Source: Shigella phage vB_SboD_StarDew
Sequence record: NC_073082
Length of the DNA stretch: 44,715 bases
Strand: one strand, 5' to 3'
The translations under genes were made by a program, and so were the position numbers. Of this stretch, positions 36,010 to 43,358 are shown piece after piece (the first letter of the stretch is position 1; each line of letters opens with the position of its first letter). The notes beneath the pieces were generated by a model. It was not told the DNA's origin. It ran no database searches and was given only the letters and a program-made list of their open reading frames with translations.

Positions 36010-36525
36010 TTAATCTTCCAGTTCGAAATAAGTTTCGACGATTTCTTTAAGATCTTTGTGGAAGTCTTCGACGTCTTCATCTTCCAGCTTGGCGATTGAT
36101 TTGATCTCGAACGATTCCAGCAGGTCGTCAAATTCGTCGTTCGCGTCGTCGTCGTCACCACCGGCAATAATAGCGGCATATTGTTTGATTTCGTCGCGCA
36201 TCTCCGCCAGCGGATCGGCATCTTTCTTGCCTTTGACTTTCGCCGGGGCTTTTTTAGATTTAGCCGGTTTTTCGTCTTCGGCATCATCGTCGTCATCTTC
36301 TACGACTTCTTTTTTGGCCTTACCTTTCGCCGGGGCTTTTTTAGATTTAGCCGGTTTTTCGTCTTCGGCGTCATCGTCGTCATCTTCGACAACTTCTTTT
36401 TTCACCTTAGACGGCTTCTTGTCTTCCTGCTTACCAACGGCAGCGCCAACGGTTTCATAATGCTTAGCGATGGTTTCCAGTGCTACTACGCCGCGAGTAA
36501 TCAGGTTTACGATTTGTTCAAACAT
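36010..36525 (-). CDS. first gene of leftward early operon: protein with tandem Lys/Asp/Glu-rich repeats and acidic C-terminus
   Basis: GGAGA RBS before ATG at 36525; 26-aa unit KKEVVEDDDDDAEDEKPAKSKKAPAK repeated twice; track ORF 36010..36753 trimmed. Confidence 0.55.
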   Translation of the reverse strand: MFEQIVNLITRGVVALETIAKHYETVGAAVGKQEDKKPSKVKKEVVEDDDDDAEDEKPAKSKKAPAKGKAKKEVVEDDDDDAEDEKPAKSKKAPAKVKGKKDADPLAEMRDEIKQYAAIIAGGDDDDANDEFDDLLESFEIKSIAKLEDEDVEDFHKDLKEIVETYFELED

Positions 36526-36721
36526 GGTGTATCTCCGATTGGTTAAGTTTAGGTGTCGGCAGTTAACTTCGTCGGTGGCCTTAACATATTGCCAGGTTAC
36601 GCGTTCTCCCGTTCGGGTAGTGGACCTGGTTATATAATCACGGTTGGGAATCCTGACACTTCGATCCGGCCCCTGCGTTGCCCCTCTCCAGTTTGCGTCC
36701 TGCATCCTGTCGACGGAGTGA

Positions 36722-36750
36722 ATATTAGATTGGTTGCAGAAGGGAGTCAA
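36722..36750 (-). promoter_or_regulatory. candidate leftward early promoter: -35 TTGACT, 17-bp spacer containing TGCAACCAAT, -10 TAATAT
   Basis: Read on reverse complement directly downstream of the minus-strand terminator. Confidence 0.35.
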
Positions 36751-36759
36751 CAACTAATT

Positions 36760-36795
36760 AAAAAAAAAAAGCGCCGAGGCAAAATGCACCGGCGC
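36760..36795 (-). terminator. strong minus-strand rho-independent terminator (GCGCCG-13 nt loop-CGGCGC followed by 11 U)
   Basis: Read directly: plus strand has A11 then the hairpin, so the U-tract follows the stem only on the minus-strand transcript. Confidence 0.65.
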
Positions 36796-36824
36796 TAACC
36801 AATAAGAGACAATGAGACGGGAGT

Positions 36825-36853
36825 ATTATTACACGCGTGCGCGCCCGTTTCAA
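36825..36853 (-). promoter_or_regulatory. candidate minus-strand promoter: -35 TTGAAA, 17-bp spacer, extended -10 TGtAATAAT; about 60 nt upstream of the terminator
   Basis: Read on reverse complement; back-to-back with the rightward promoter. Confidence 0.4.
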
Positions 36854-36865
36854 TATCCAAAGGAT

Positions 36866-36894
36866 TTGACACCTTACGGTTTTAGGTGTAGTTT
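36866..36894 (+). promoter_or_regulatory. candidate rightward promoter: perfect -35 TTGACA, 17-bp spacer, weak -10 TAGTTT
   Basis: Read directly; 32 nt upstream of ATG at 36926. Confidence 0.4.
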
Positions 36895-36925
36895 CGTTGG
36901 TCATTAACCAACTGAGGGCAGTGCG

Positions 36926-37255
36926 ATGAATGTAAATGACGCAATCGAAATGTTAACGAAGACTGTTAGCAGTGAAACACGCCGGTCATGGGCTTATACC
37001 GATGCCGTGGGGGCGGTGTTATTTGAAATCGAACGACTGCGCAGTGTCGAAAAAGAATTACGCGCCAGGCTGGAATTGCTCAACGGCACGGCAGCAAGCA
37101 AGCTGCAAAAGCACAATGAAGAAATGGAAGAATACAAAAAACAGGTTATCCGTTTGCGCGCCGAGGGCAAATCCTGGGCGATGATTGCCGAGTTGACCGG
37201 AATTAATCAGAGCACAGTGCGCTCCTGGGTACGCAATAATAAAACTTCTAAGTAA
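36926..37255 (+). CDS. HTH DNA-binding protein (candidate transcriptional regulator)
   Basis: C-terminal helix-turn-helix-like segment GKSWAMIAELTGINQSTVRSWV; GAGGG RBS; first rightward gene. Confidence 0.55.
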   Translation: MNVNDAIEMLTKTVSSETRRSWAYTDAVGAVLFEIERLRSVEKELRARLELLNGTAASKLQKHNEEMEEYKKQVIRLRAEGKSWAMIAELTGINQSTVRSWVRNNKTSK

Positions 37256-37265
37256 GGCCGCGGCA

Positions 37266-39530
37266 ATGAGCTTAATTAAATTCGCTGTAACACGACCCGC
37301 TAAAAAAGGCGAAAAAGCCAGGGCGGAAAACTTCCAGATGACTACCGAAGAGTTTTTCGAATTTATCAATGATGCGAAAGAAATCTCCTCGGTGCATATC
37401 AACAAAACGGAAGATAAAGCGGAGTATGCACGCCGCAAGCGTAAGGCCGATGGCATTGTGGCTTATACCAGTGACGGCTTACGTCGCAAGACCAGTGCGG
37501 TGGACCGCTCGATCCTGTTCTTCGATATTGACCGTACTGACACCCGCACCCTACGCCGCTGCCGTAAGGCGTTCATCGACGCGGGACTGGAACACGTATT
37601 TCACACCACAACCGGCGACCGCCACCCGCTGAAAGGCGGCACGCGTTGCGCTCGATTCCTGGTACTCACGGACAAGCCTGTACCAGCTGAAGACCTGGGC
37701 CGTGTCCAGTATGCGCTATTACACCAACTGGGCCTGTCAGATGTGGACTTCGACGACTGCACGAAAGACACAAACCGCCTTATGTACCTGCCACACCAGC
37801 AGTCTGTTATTAAGTGCCACTATGGCAAGCGCGCCCGCGTCCGTCGTCTGCTCCGCCTGGCTGACAAGCTGGGAGTGGAAAAAGAGGAAGTTCGCCGCGA
37901 ACTGACCCAGGGCGACGACGCAGTGGCAGACGGCATTCTGGACTGGTGCTTCCAGGCAGGATTCGAGGAGTTATCTTCCGGTCGGGGTTATGAAGTGCCG
38001 TGCCCGAACGAACATCTGCACAGCGGCGAAGGGTCGACGGCTATCATGGTCAAGGATGGCGAGATCCGTTTCAAGTGTATGCACACCGGCAACGAGTGTT
38101 GCTCGGAGCTGAACAGACACCAACACCTGGCGCTGCGTCTTATCGGCATACCGGACCACCTCAACGTCGAGCCACACAATATGTCCCGTAAGCAAATCGC
38201 CGCCATCCTTCCGGGGCTGGACGACGAGGAAGTGGAATCCTTATACGAACATATTGTTGATGCAGTTGGCGACGGCGAAGAATACGGCGTGTGCACCGAT
38301 GCGGACCTGGATAACGAGCTGGTTGCGCTGTTCAGTAAGCACGACCCGATCATCGAGGGGTTGATTAACTTTAAATCGACCTGGTACATGGCTGGCGAGT
38401 CGAATATCGGTAAGTCTTTCTACGTGCTGGGCCAGATGGGAGCGGTTGCCGCCGGTATTCCGTTTGGTGGCGCGAAGGTCGTCCAGTCTCATTGCTTCTA
38501 TTTCGACGCGGAAGGTGGCGAAGCCTCCAACCAGCGTAAAGAAGCATTGCAGATTAAATACGAGCACGACCTGGACAAGCTGCACATTATAGACCTGCAG
38601 TCACGCGGCTGGGATATCACCAGCAAATCAGGCTTGCGCGAAGTTATCAGCTTTATCAACCGCACCGCTAACGGCGAACCGGTTGGCCTGGTGGCGTTCG
38701 ACTCACTCAACCAGACGGTTGCGTTGCGGTCCGCTGATGCTAAACCGTTCGACGAGAACAACGCCAGCGATATGGGTGAAGTGGTCAAAGCGCTGAAGGC
38801 CATCGCGGAAAATACAGGTGGCAGTGCGGGCGTCATCCACCACCCGGCTAAAGGTGCAAACGGCAGCAGAACGCCACGCGGGTCCGGTGCGCTGCATGGT
38901 GCTGTCGATTCTGCGTTCTTCCTGGAACAGCCGGACGACAACCAGCCCGGACAATTGAACCTGTATCACGAAAAGTCACGTAACGGCATCAAGCAAGCGC
39001 CGCGCGGCTTCGTCCTGCTCAAGTGCAAGGTGAAGGTGGATCTCCGCAAGTCAGAAGCGTTCGAGGCGCACCAGTCCACCAGCACCGGGCCAGACTTCGG
39101 CGACGTGGTTGCCGGATGGGACGTCAAGCCGATTGCCTCCACGCCACGCGACGAGACTCTCTACCTCGTACCGGTTGCCCTGGCACCGTTCGCTATTGAA
39201 CAGGCGAAGGCCGCGGGCAAAGCAGCAGTTAAAGAAGAGAACACCGCCGGACCGCGCAACGAAAAAGAGAAAGTGCTCTATGCGGCACTGGAAAAACTGA
39301 TGGAAGATAACCCGGACCATACTGGATTCAGTAAATCGGCAATTGTCCGCCAGGCTGGGCTGGCAAAAGGTGGCACTTCGACGAAGGCAATCGACGATAT
39401 GGTGGAGCGCGGGGTGATAGGTTTTTACACCGATCCGCACACCGGGGCCATCTATGGGTCGTCTAATTTGGTCATCAAATCGGATATACCCATCACGCTT
39501 TCAGCGACCGATGACGATTTAAAAGATTAA
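37266..39530 (+). CDS. DNA primase/helicase-like replication protein (prim-pol-like N-terminus, Cys/His cluster, RecA-like ATPase domain)
   Basis: ILFFDIDR acidic motif, Cys/His cluster CPNEHLHSGEGS...FKCMHTGNECC, Walker A MAGESNIGKS and Walker B-like LVAFDSLN. Confidence 0.65.
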   Translation: MSLIKFAVTRPAKKGEKARAENFQMTTEEFFEFINDAKEISSVHINKTEDKAEYARRKRKADGIVAYTSDGLRRKTSAVDRSILFFDIDRTDTRTLRRCRKAFIDAGLEHVFHTTTGDRHPLKGGTRCARFLVLTDKPVPAEDLGRVQYALLHQLGLSDVDFDDCTKDTNRLMYLPHQQSVIKCHYGKRARVRRLLRLADKLGVEKEEVRRELTQGDDAVADGILDWCFQAGFEELSSGRGYEVPCPNEHLHSGEGSTAIMVKDGEIRFKCMHTGNECCSELNRHQHLALRLIGIPDHLNVEPHNMSRKQIAAILPGLDDEEVESLYEHIVDAVGDGEEYGVCTDADLDNELVALFSKHDPIIEGLINFKSTWYMAGESNIGKSFYVLGQMGAVAAGIPFGGAKVVQSHCFYFDAEGGEASNQRKEALQIKYEHDLDKLHIIDLQSRGWDITSKSGLREVISFINRTANGEPVGLVAFDSLNQTVALRSADAKPFDENNASDMGEVVKALKAIAENTGGSAGVIHHPAKGANGSRTPRGSGALHGAVDSAFFLEQPDDNQPGQLNLYHEKSRNGIKQAPRGFVLLKCKVKVDLRKSEAFEAHQSTSTGPDFGDVVAGWDVKPIASTPRDETLYLVPVALAPFAIEQAKAAGKAAVKEENTAGPRNEKEKVLYAALEKLMEDNPDHTGFSKSAIVRQAGLAKGGTSTKAIDDMVERGVIGFYTDPHTGAIYGSSNLVIKSDIPITLSATDDDLKD

Positions 39531-39607
39531 ATTTTGCGCGCATTGGTCGCCGTTATGGGAATCCCCATATCGGTAAAAGATTAAATTTTGCGCGCATTGG
39601 TTGCCAT
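39521..39607 (+). repeat. pair of 31-nt direct repeats (AAAAGATTAAATTTTGCGCGCATTGGT(C/T)GCC) separated by 25 bp
   Basis: Read directly; first copy overlaps primase stop codon; each copy contains an ATTGGT(C/T)GCC element. Confidence 0.85.
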
Positions 39608-39659
39608 TTTGCGTGCTTTTAGCCGGTCGTATTGGTTGCCGTGTAGTGTAAATATAATG

Positions 39660-39848
39660 AATAGTTATGCAGTTTTATTGCATAAAGTAAGCGGGACAAA
39701 AAGCGGGACAGACCAGGGGCGGGACAAAGCGGGACAGCACCCCTGTCCCGCCCCGGATGACGCGGCCTGGCGAGGAGCGGGACAGCGGGACAGCACCCCA
39801 GTCTTTCAGACTAGACGGGGGGTCTGGCACCCCCCTCGTCTGAGACTG
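39660..39848. repeat. iteron/hairpin array B, near-duplicate of array A
   Basis: Shares GGGACAAAAAGCGGGAC, GGGGCGGGACAAAGCGGGACAGCACCCCTGTCCC and the 49-50 nt hairpin with array A. Confidence 0.85.
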
Positions 39849-40007
39849 CATAAAATCCAGGATTGCATAACGCACGGCAACATGATGCAAATTGCGGTCG
39901 TCGATGATCTAGGCAACCAATGCGAGTTGCAGAATGGTGGGTGAGAAATGCAGTTTGCAGTCACAGCAGATAGCGATCAACTTTTTCATACGCGTGATTA
40001 ATATTGG

Positions 40008-40036
40008 TTGCACCCACCCTGGCACCCTGCTATATT
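40008..40036 (+). promoter_or_regulatory. candidate promoter: -35 TTGCAC within ATTGGTTGCA, 17-bp spacer, -10 TATATT, conserved leader
   Basis: Leader TATATTGGTTGCACACCAACA...GAGGAC nearly identical to the reverse complement of 5890-5916. Confidence 0.45.
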
Positions 40037-40064
40037 GGTTGCACACCAACATGAGGACTGAACA

Positions 40065-40370
40065 ATGAAAGCATTAATCTGGAATTACACAATGGCGGTG
40101 GCGAAGCTGTATGAAGCGAAGCACACAGACGGCAACGCAGACGACGCTCGCCAGGTTGTCATCCTGGCCCGGCAGGGAATCATGGACGCGTTCGACGATA
40201 TGTTTGCCAGCCTGGACGAACTGGAACCGCTGCGCGTGGCAATCTGCGAATATGCGAGGGCATTTGCCCGTGAGCGCCTGGCGTATCGCTTCGGGATCGG
40301 AGAGACGGCAGCGACAAACGTCGCCCGGATTAAAGCCCAGCGCGAGCTATTCGCCCAGCTTGCGAAATAA
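40065..40370 (+). CDS. hypothetical protein (101 aa)
   Basis: GAGGA RBS; first gene downstream of promoter at 40008-40036. Confidence 0.5.
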   Translation: MKALIWNYTMAVAKLYEAKHTDGNADDARQVVILARQGIMDAFDDMFASLDELEPLRVAICEYARAFARERLAYRFGIGETAATNVARIKAQRELFAQLAK

Positions 40371-40379
40371 GGGGCCAAA

Positions 40380-40649
40380 ATGGACCGCAGACGCGCAAAA
40401 CGCCTTTCATGGCGTATTCCACTGCATTGCATACGAATATGGGCTAAGAATGCGAATGAGGGCGATTCTGTGTTCTGGTGCTATCGCGACGATGTGAAGC
40501 CATTAACGCAGACTCGCTATCTGCACCAGTTCGCCAGGGGGCATGGGCTTGCCATAAAAACGTCCTTGCAACCAATTGGCATCCGTATTACATTACGCCG
40601 GAAGCCCGCAGTCGAGCGGGTAGGCAAACACTGGAGACTGAGCAAATGA
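40380..40649 (+). CDS. hypothetical basic protein (89 aa)
   Basis: AAGGGG RBS 6 nt upstream of ATG; alternative-frame ORFs overlap, so coding frame uncertain. Confidence 0.35.
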   Translation: MDRRRAKRLSWRIPLHCIRIWAKNANEGDSVFWCYRDDVKPLTQTRYLHQFARGHGLAIKTSLQPIGIRITLRRKPAVERVGKHWRLSK

Positions 40650-40789
40650 CACCAGCACTAATGGCGGGATTCTCGCAGAAGTTTATTTCTGTTGATGCCT
40701 GCATAGCAGATTATGAGATGGACGGCATCGCTACGGTGTGCGATGGCGACACGAAAACGGCCGATGAGACTGAGGAGACAGAACAATGA
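40646..40789 (+). CDS. small acidic ORF (47 aa), ATGA-coupled to neighbours
   Basis: GGAG RBS 9 nt upstream; start overlaps upstream stop, stop overlaps downstream start. Confidence 0.35.
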   Translation: MTPALMAGFSQKFISVDACIADYEMDGIATVCDGDTKTADETEETEQ

Positions 40790-41343
40790 AATTACTATTC
40801 CGCCGCAAATCGGACGGGCGCATACTGCAGCCGATACAGACCCTGGACGCATACGTTCGCCTACACCACGCCGCAAGCGATCGGGTCTGGTGGGCAAAGA
40901 AGGACAAGCTGCCAGAAAACTTCGATATTGTCACGCATGATATAGCGCGCGGAGATATGCTGCGTGATATTCGCGACGGTAGTATGTGGATCGTTGAATA
41001 TGTCGGTCTTCATGGCCTGCGTATGCAATCCCGCAAGGATGGCGTAGCAGGTATGACTTACTTCGGGCTGGTCAACTACGAGCGAGTGGGCCGCAAATAC
41101 AGCCTGCGCGACCGCCAACCGCATGAGCGCGTTGAGTTACGCAAGACCCAACACGCCTACGCAACCTACGACGCCCACCAGGTGCAAGCGAAGATGGGAC
41201 GCGCCGTACACCAAATCGTCAATCGCTTTGATGCCGTGACGAATGCGCAACGCCATGCGCAGGAATACGGCGTTGGATTCATCCGGGTCGAACGTGACGG
41301 CAGCATGAAAGCCATCGACCCGCGCTCGGTGATTCTGAAATGA
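40786..41343 (+). CDS. hypothetical protein (185 aa)
   Basis: ORF with ATGA overlaps on both sides. Confidence 0.5.
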   Translation: MKLLFRRKSDGRILQPIQTLDAYVRLHHAASDRVWWAKKDKLPENFDIVTHDIARGDMLRDIRDGSMWIVEYVGLHGLRMQSRKDGVAGMTYFGLVNYERVGRKYSLRDRQPHERVELRKTQHAYATYDAHQVQAKMGRAVHQIVNRFDAVTNAQRHAQEYGVGFIRVERDGSMKAIDPRSVILK

Positions 41344-41480
41344 GTGCAACGATCCGTGATATGCTTCAGCATAACCGCTTTGAGATAGGCGGTCGGGTAT
41401 TTCGCAATTACTTCGTGGCGCGTGCATGGGCGCGCCATATTGGCAAACCGGAAGGGGCAATTCGATGCTACACGATGTGA
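41340..41480 (+). CDS. small ORF (46 aa), possibly not a real gene
   Basis: Translated by hand: MSATIRDMLQHNRFEIGGRVFRNYFVARAWARHIGKPEGAIRCYTM; ATGA overlap with upstream gene. Confidence 0.3.
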   Translation: MSATIRDMLQHNRFEIGGRVFRNYFVARAWARHIGKPEGAIRCYTM

Positions 41481-41752
41481 TTTATTGGTTTGGTTTGATC
41501 TGCGGGCTGTGCCTGCTTACCGCGGTGTTGTTGGGCGTCCTGATGTTCGTAGTATGGCCCGCGGTGGAAGCCGCCAGCATCACCCGCATGACGTTCGAGG
41601 TATACAAGCGCCGTGGAATCACGGAGCACCCGACCAGGTTGCGCATGTGGTGGCTGTGGTATCGGGATATGATAGGCGGGCGAACATTCGAAGCCGTCCG
41701 ATCATCCGGGTGGGAGTGGAAAGGCGTCGGCAAGTGGTCCATTTTCGATTAA
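41465..41752 (+). CDS. small membrane protein (one TM helix)
   Basis: Hydrophobic IYWFGLICGLCLLTAVLLGVLMFVVW; GGAAGGGG RBS; followed by terminator. Confidence 0.45.
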   Translation: MLHDVIYWFGLICGLCLLTAVLLGVLMFVVWPAVEAASITRMTFEVYKRRGITEHPTRLRMWWLWYRDMIGGRTFEAVRSSGWEWKGVGKWSIFD

Positions 41753-41769
41753 TTATGCAAGCGTGATAT

Positions 41770-41805
41770 AGTCCCAGTGAGCTAAAACTTACTGGGACTT
41801 TTTTT
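41770..41805 (+). terminator. rho-independent terminator (GTCCCAGT-12 nt loop-ACTGGGAC + T7) ending 1 nt before the holin start codon
   Basis: Read directly. Confidence 0.6.
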
Positions 41806-42096
41806 ATGGATAAGCTAAACGAGTGGCTATTCGCCCTGGCATGTCTGGCTGGTGGATTCGTAGGCGCACGCATTCATGGTGAGGCTACGAAAGGACCGCT
41901 AAACTTCGTTTTATATATCGTGGTGGGCTTCTTGTGCGCCGTTTTTGGTGCGCCAGCTATTGCCGAGTGGGCTGGCTTATCGGGGGAGCGCACTGTCGCT
42001 GGTTTGGGCTTCGTAACCGCAATCTTCTGGATGCCAATAGCCGCCCGGATCAGGGAGACTATTGAGTCGTTCCGACTTCCGGGGGGCGCAAAATGA
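41806..42096 (+). CDS. holin (three predicted TM segments)
   Basis: 96 aa with three hydrophobic segments and charged C-terminus; upstream of a second small membrane protein and the endolysin. Confidence 0.6.
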   Translation: MDKLNEWLFALACLAGGFVGARIHGEATKGPLNFVLYIVVGFLCAVFGAPAIAEWAGLSGERTVAGLGFVTAIFWMPIAARIRETIESFRLPGGAK

Positions 42097-42338
42097 TTAT
42101 CTCCGTCCTGTTGTTTGTTATCATAGGGGCTTCGTCCCTGTTTAACGTGTATGCGCCGTCTGTCCAGGATGGCATTTTCGGTCGGGTGCTGTATCTGTTA
42201 ACGGCAATGGTCTGTATTATCGGATTGTTGCAAACAGGAGACGTATCTGATACCACCTGGACCGCGTTAATCTGGCTGTTTGCATTGCGCACACTGCGTA
42301 ATGCTGTTTTGAATGGGGTAAAACATGCGATTCAGTGA
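42093..42338 (+). CDS. second holin-like membrane protein (holin/antiholin candidate)
   Basis: 81 aa, hydrophobic segments; GGGGGG RBS; ATGA overlap with previous gene; overlaps endolysin start. Confidence 0.5.
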   Translation: MIISVLLFVIIGASSLFNVYAPSVQDGIFGRVLYLLTAMVCIIGLLQTGDVSDTTWTALIWLFALRTLRNAVLNGVKHAIQ

Positions 42339-42816
42339 CAACGGTCTGAGATTCACGGCAGCCTGGGAGGCTTTCAGCCCAGTGCCGTATTTCGCGACCA
42401 AGAAAGAGCAGGCCCGCGGCCTGTACACCTGGGGCTATGGTCACACCGGCACTAATCCGCCACGAAGCATTACCCGTGCGGAAGCGCTGGAACTGCTCAA
42501 GCGAGATGTGGCGTATGCCGAGGACTGGGTGAACAAATACGCACATCCGAGCATTAACCAGGCGCAATTCGACGCGCTGGTTGACCTGGTAATCAACGCC
42601 GGTCCGGGTCCGATCGTACCTGATGACGTCGCGAATGATTTCGATGATGCGGTGCGACTGGGAGACTGGGCGAAGGTCCGTGCTACGCTGCCGCTGTTCC
42701 GCAAGCAAGGTGGGGAAGTGCTTAAGGGTCTGGTACGCCGTGCAATCGGCAGACAGGCGTTGTTTGATGGTAAGCAGTGGGACGTTGCCGAGAAAATCGG
42801 GCGTAACGCTGCATAA
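42325..42816 (+). CDS. endolysin, phage lysozyme (GH24-like)
   Basis: 163 aa; N-terminal region (RFTAAWEAFSPVPYF...GLYTWGYGHTG) matches T4/P22-type lysozyme active-site layout; follows holins. Confidence 0.7.
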   Translation: MRFSDNGLRFTAAWEAFSPVPYFATKKEQARGLYTWGYGHTGTNPPRSITRAEALELLKRDVAYAEDWVNKYAHPSINQAQFDALVDLVINAGPGPIVPDDVANDFDDAVRLGDWAKVRATLPLFRKQGGEVLKGLVRRAIGRQALFDGKQWDVAEKIGRNAA

Positions 42817-42832
42817 TACGAGGTAACACAGT

Positions 42833-43240
42833 ATGTTAAAAAGCATTCTTGATCATAACGCCGACGCGCTCGCCGCGCTGGCTAAAACCGAAGACCCCGG
42901 CGCACGCGCTATTGTAGCGGATACGATCAGCCATGCGGGGGTGTTTGGCGCAAGCCTTCCGGGTCCGAAACCAGAGGTAAAAGTGACAAGCGCCACGGTA
43001 ACTGTAGCTCCCGAGGCGGTTACAATCGGCACCCCGGCGAAGGCTACTGCGGCGGTACAACCGGCAGGGGCGACCAATAAATCCGGCGTGTGGGTCAGCG
43101 GGTCGCCGACCATTGCCACCGTGGATGCTTCCGGCAATATCACGGGTAAAGCACCTGGATCTGTCGATATTATTTGGGTGGCTAAGGATGGAAGCGGGGT
43201 GTCGGGCCGCAAAACGGTAACTGTGGCAAACGCAAAGTAA
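42833..43240 (+). CDS. Ig-like (Big_2-type) domain protein
   Basis: C-terminal alternating pattern (VTVAP...VTIGTPAKATAAVQPAGATNKSGVWVSGSPTIATVDASGNITGKAPGSVDIIWVAKDG...TVTVAN) typical of bacterial Ig-like group 2 domains. Confidence 0.5.
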   Translation: MLKSILDHNADALAALAKTEDPGARAIVADTISHAGVFGASLPGPKPEVKVTSATVTVAPEAVTIGTPAKATAAVQPAGATNKSGVWVSGSPTIATVDASGNITGKAPGSVDIIWVAKDGSGVSGRKTVTVANAK

Positions 43241-43245
43241 TGAGC

Positions 43246-43272
43246 AAGCCCGCCGTATTGGCGGGCTTTTTA
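43246..43272 (+). terminator. rho-independent terminator (AGCCCGCC-gtatt-GGCGGGCT + TTTTT)
   Basis: Read directly. Confidence 0.65.
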
Positions 43273-43289
43273 TTGTTCGACCTGCGACC

Positions 43290-43325
43290 AATTAATAGCC
43301 CATACTGCGGTCGCCGTGGTATATT
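43290..43325 (+). promoter_or_regulatory. candidate promoter with extended -10 (TGgTATATT at 43317-43325) and upstream TGCGACCAAT element
   Basis: Read directly; 34 nt upstream of ATG at 43359. Confidence 0.35.
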
Positions 43326-43358
43326 GACCGCGGACAATCTGAATCAGGAAGATATGCA

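Noticed and set aside
36526-36753. N-terminal extension of the first early gene (track ORF 36010-36753)
   Set aside because: The extension runs through the predicted early promoter and regulatory motifs; ATG at 36525 has a good RBS.
40478-40789. 103-aa ORF overlapping the small genes at 40380-40789 (also 40111-40497)
   Set aside because: Alternative frame without RBS; the RBS-supported ATGA-coupled frames are preferred, though the true frame is not certain without expression data.
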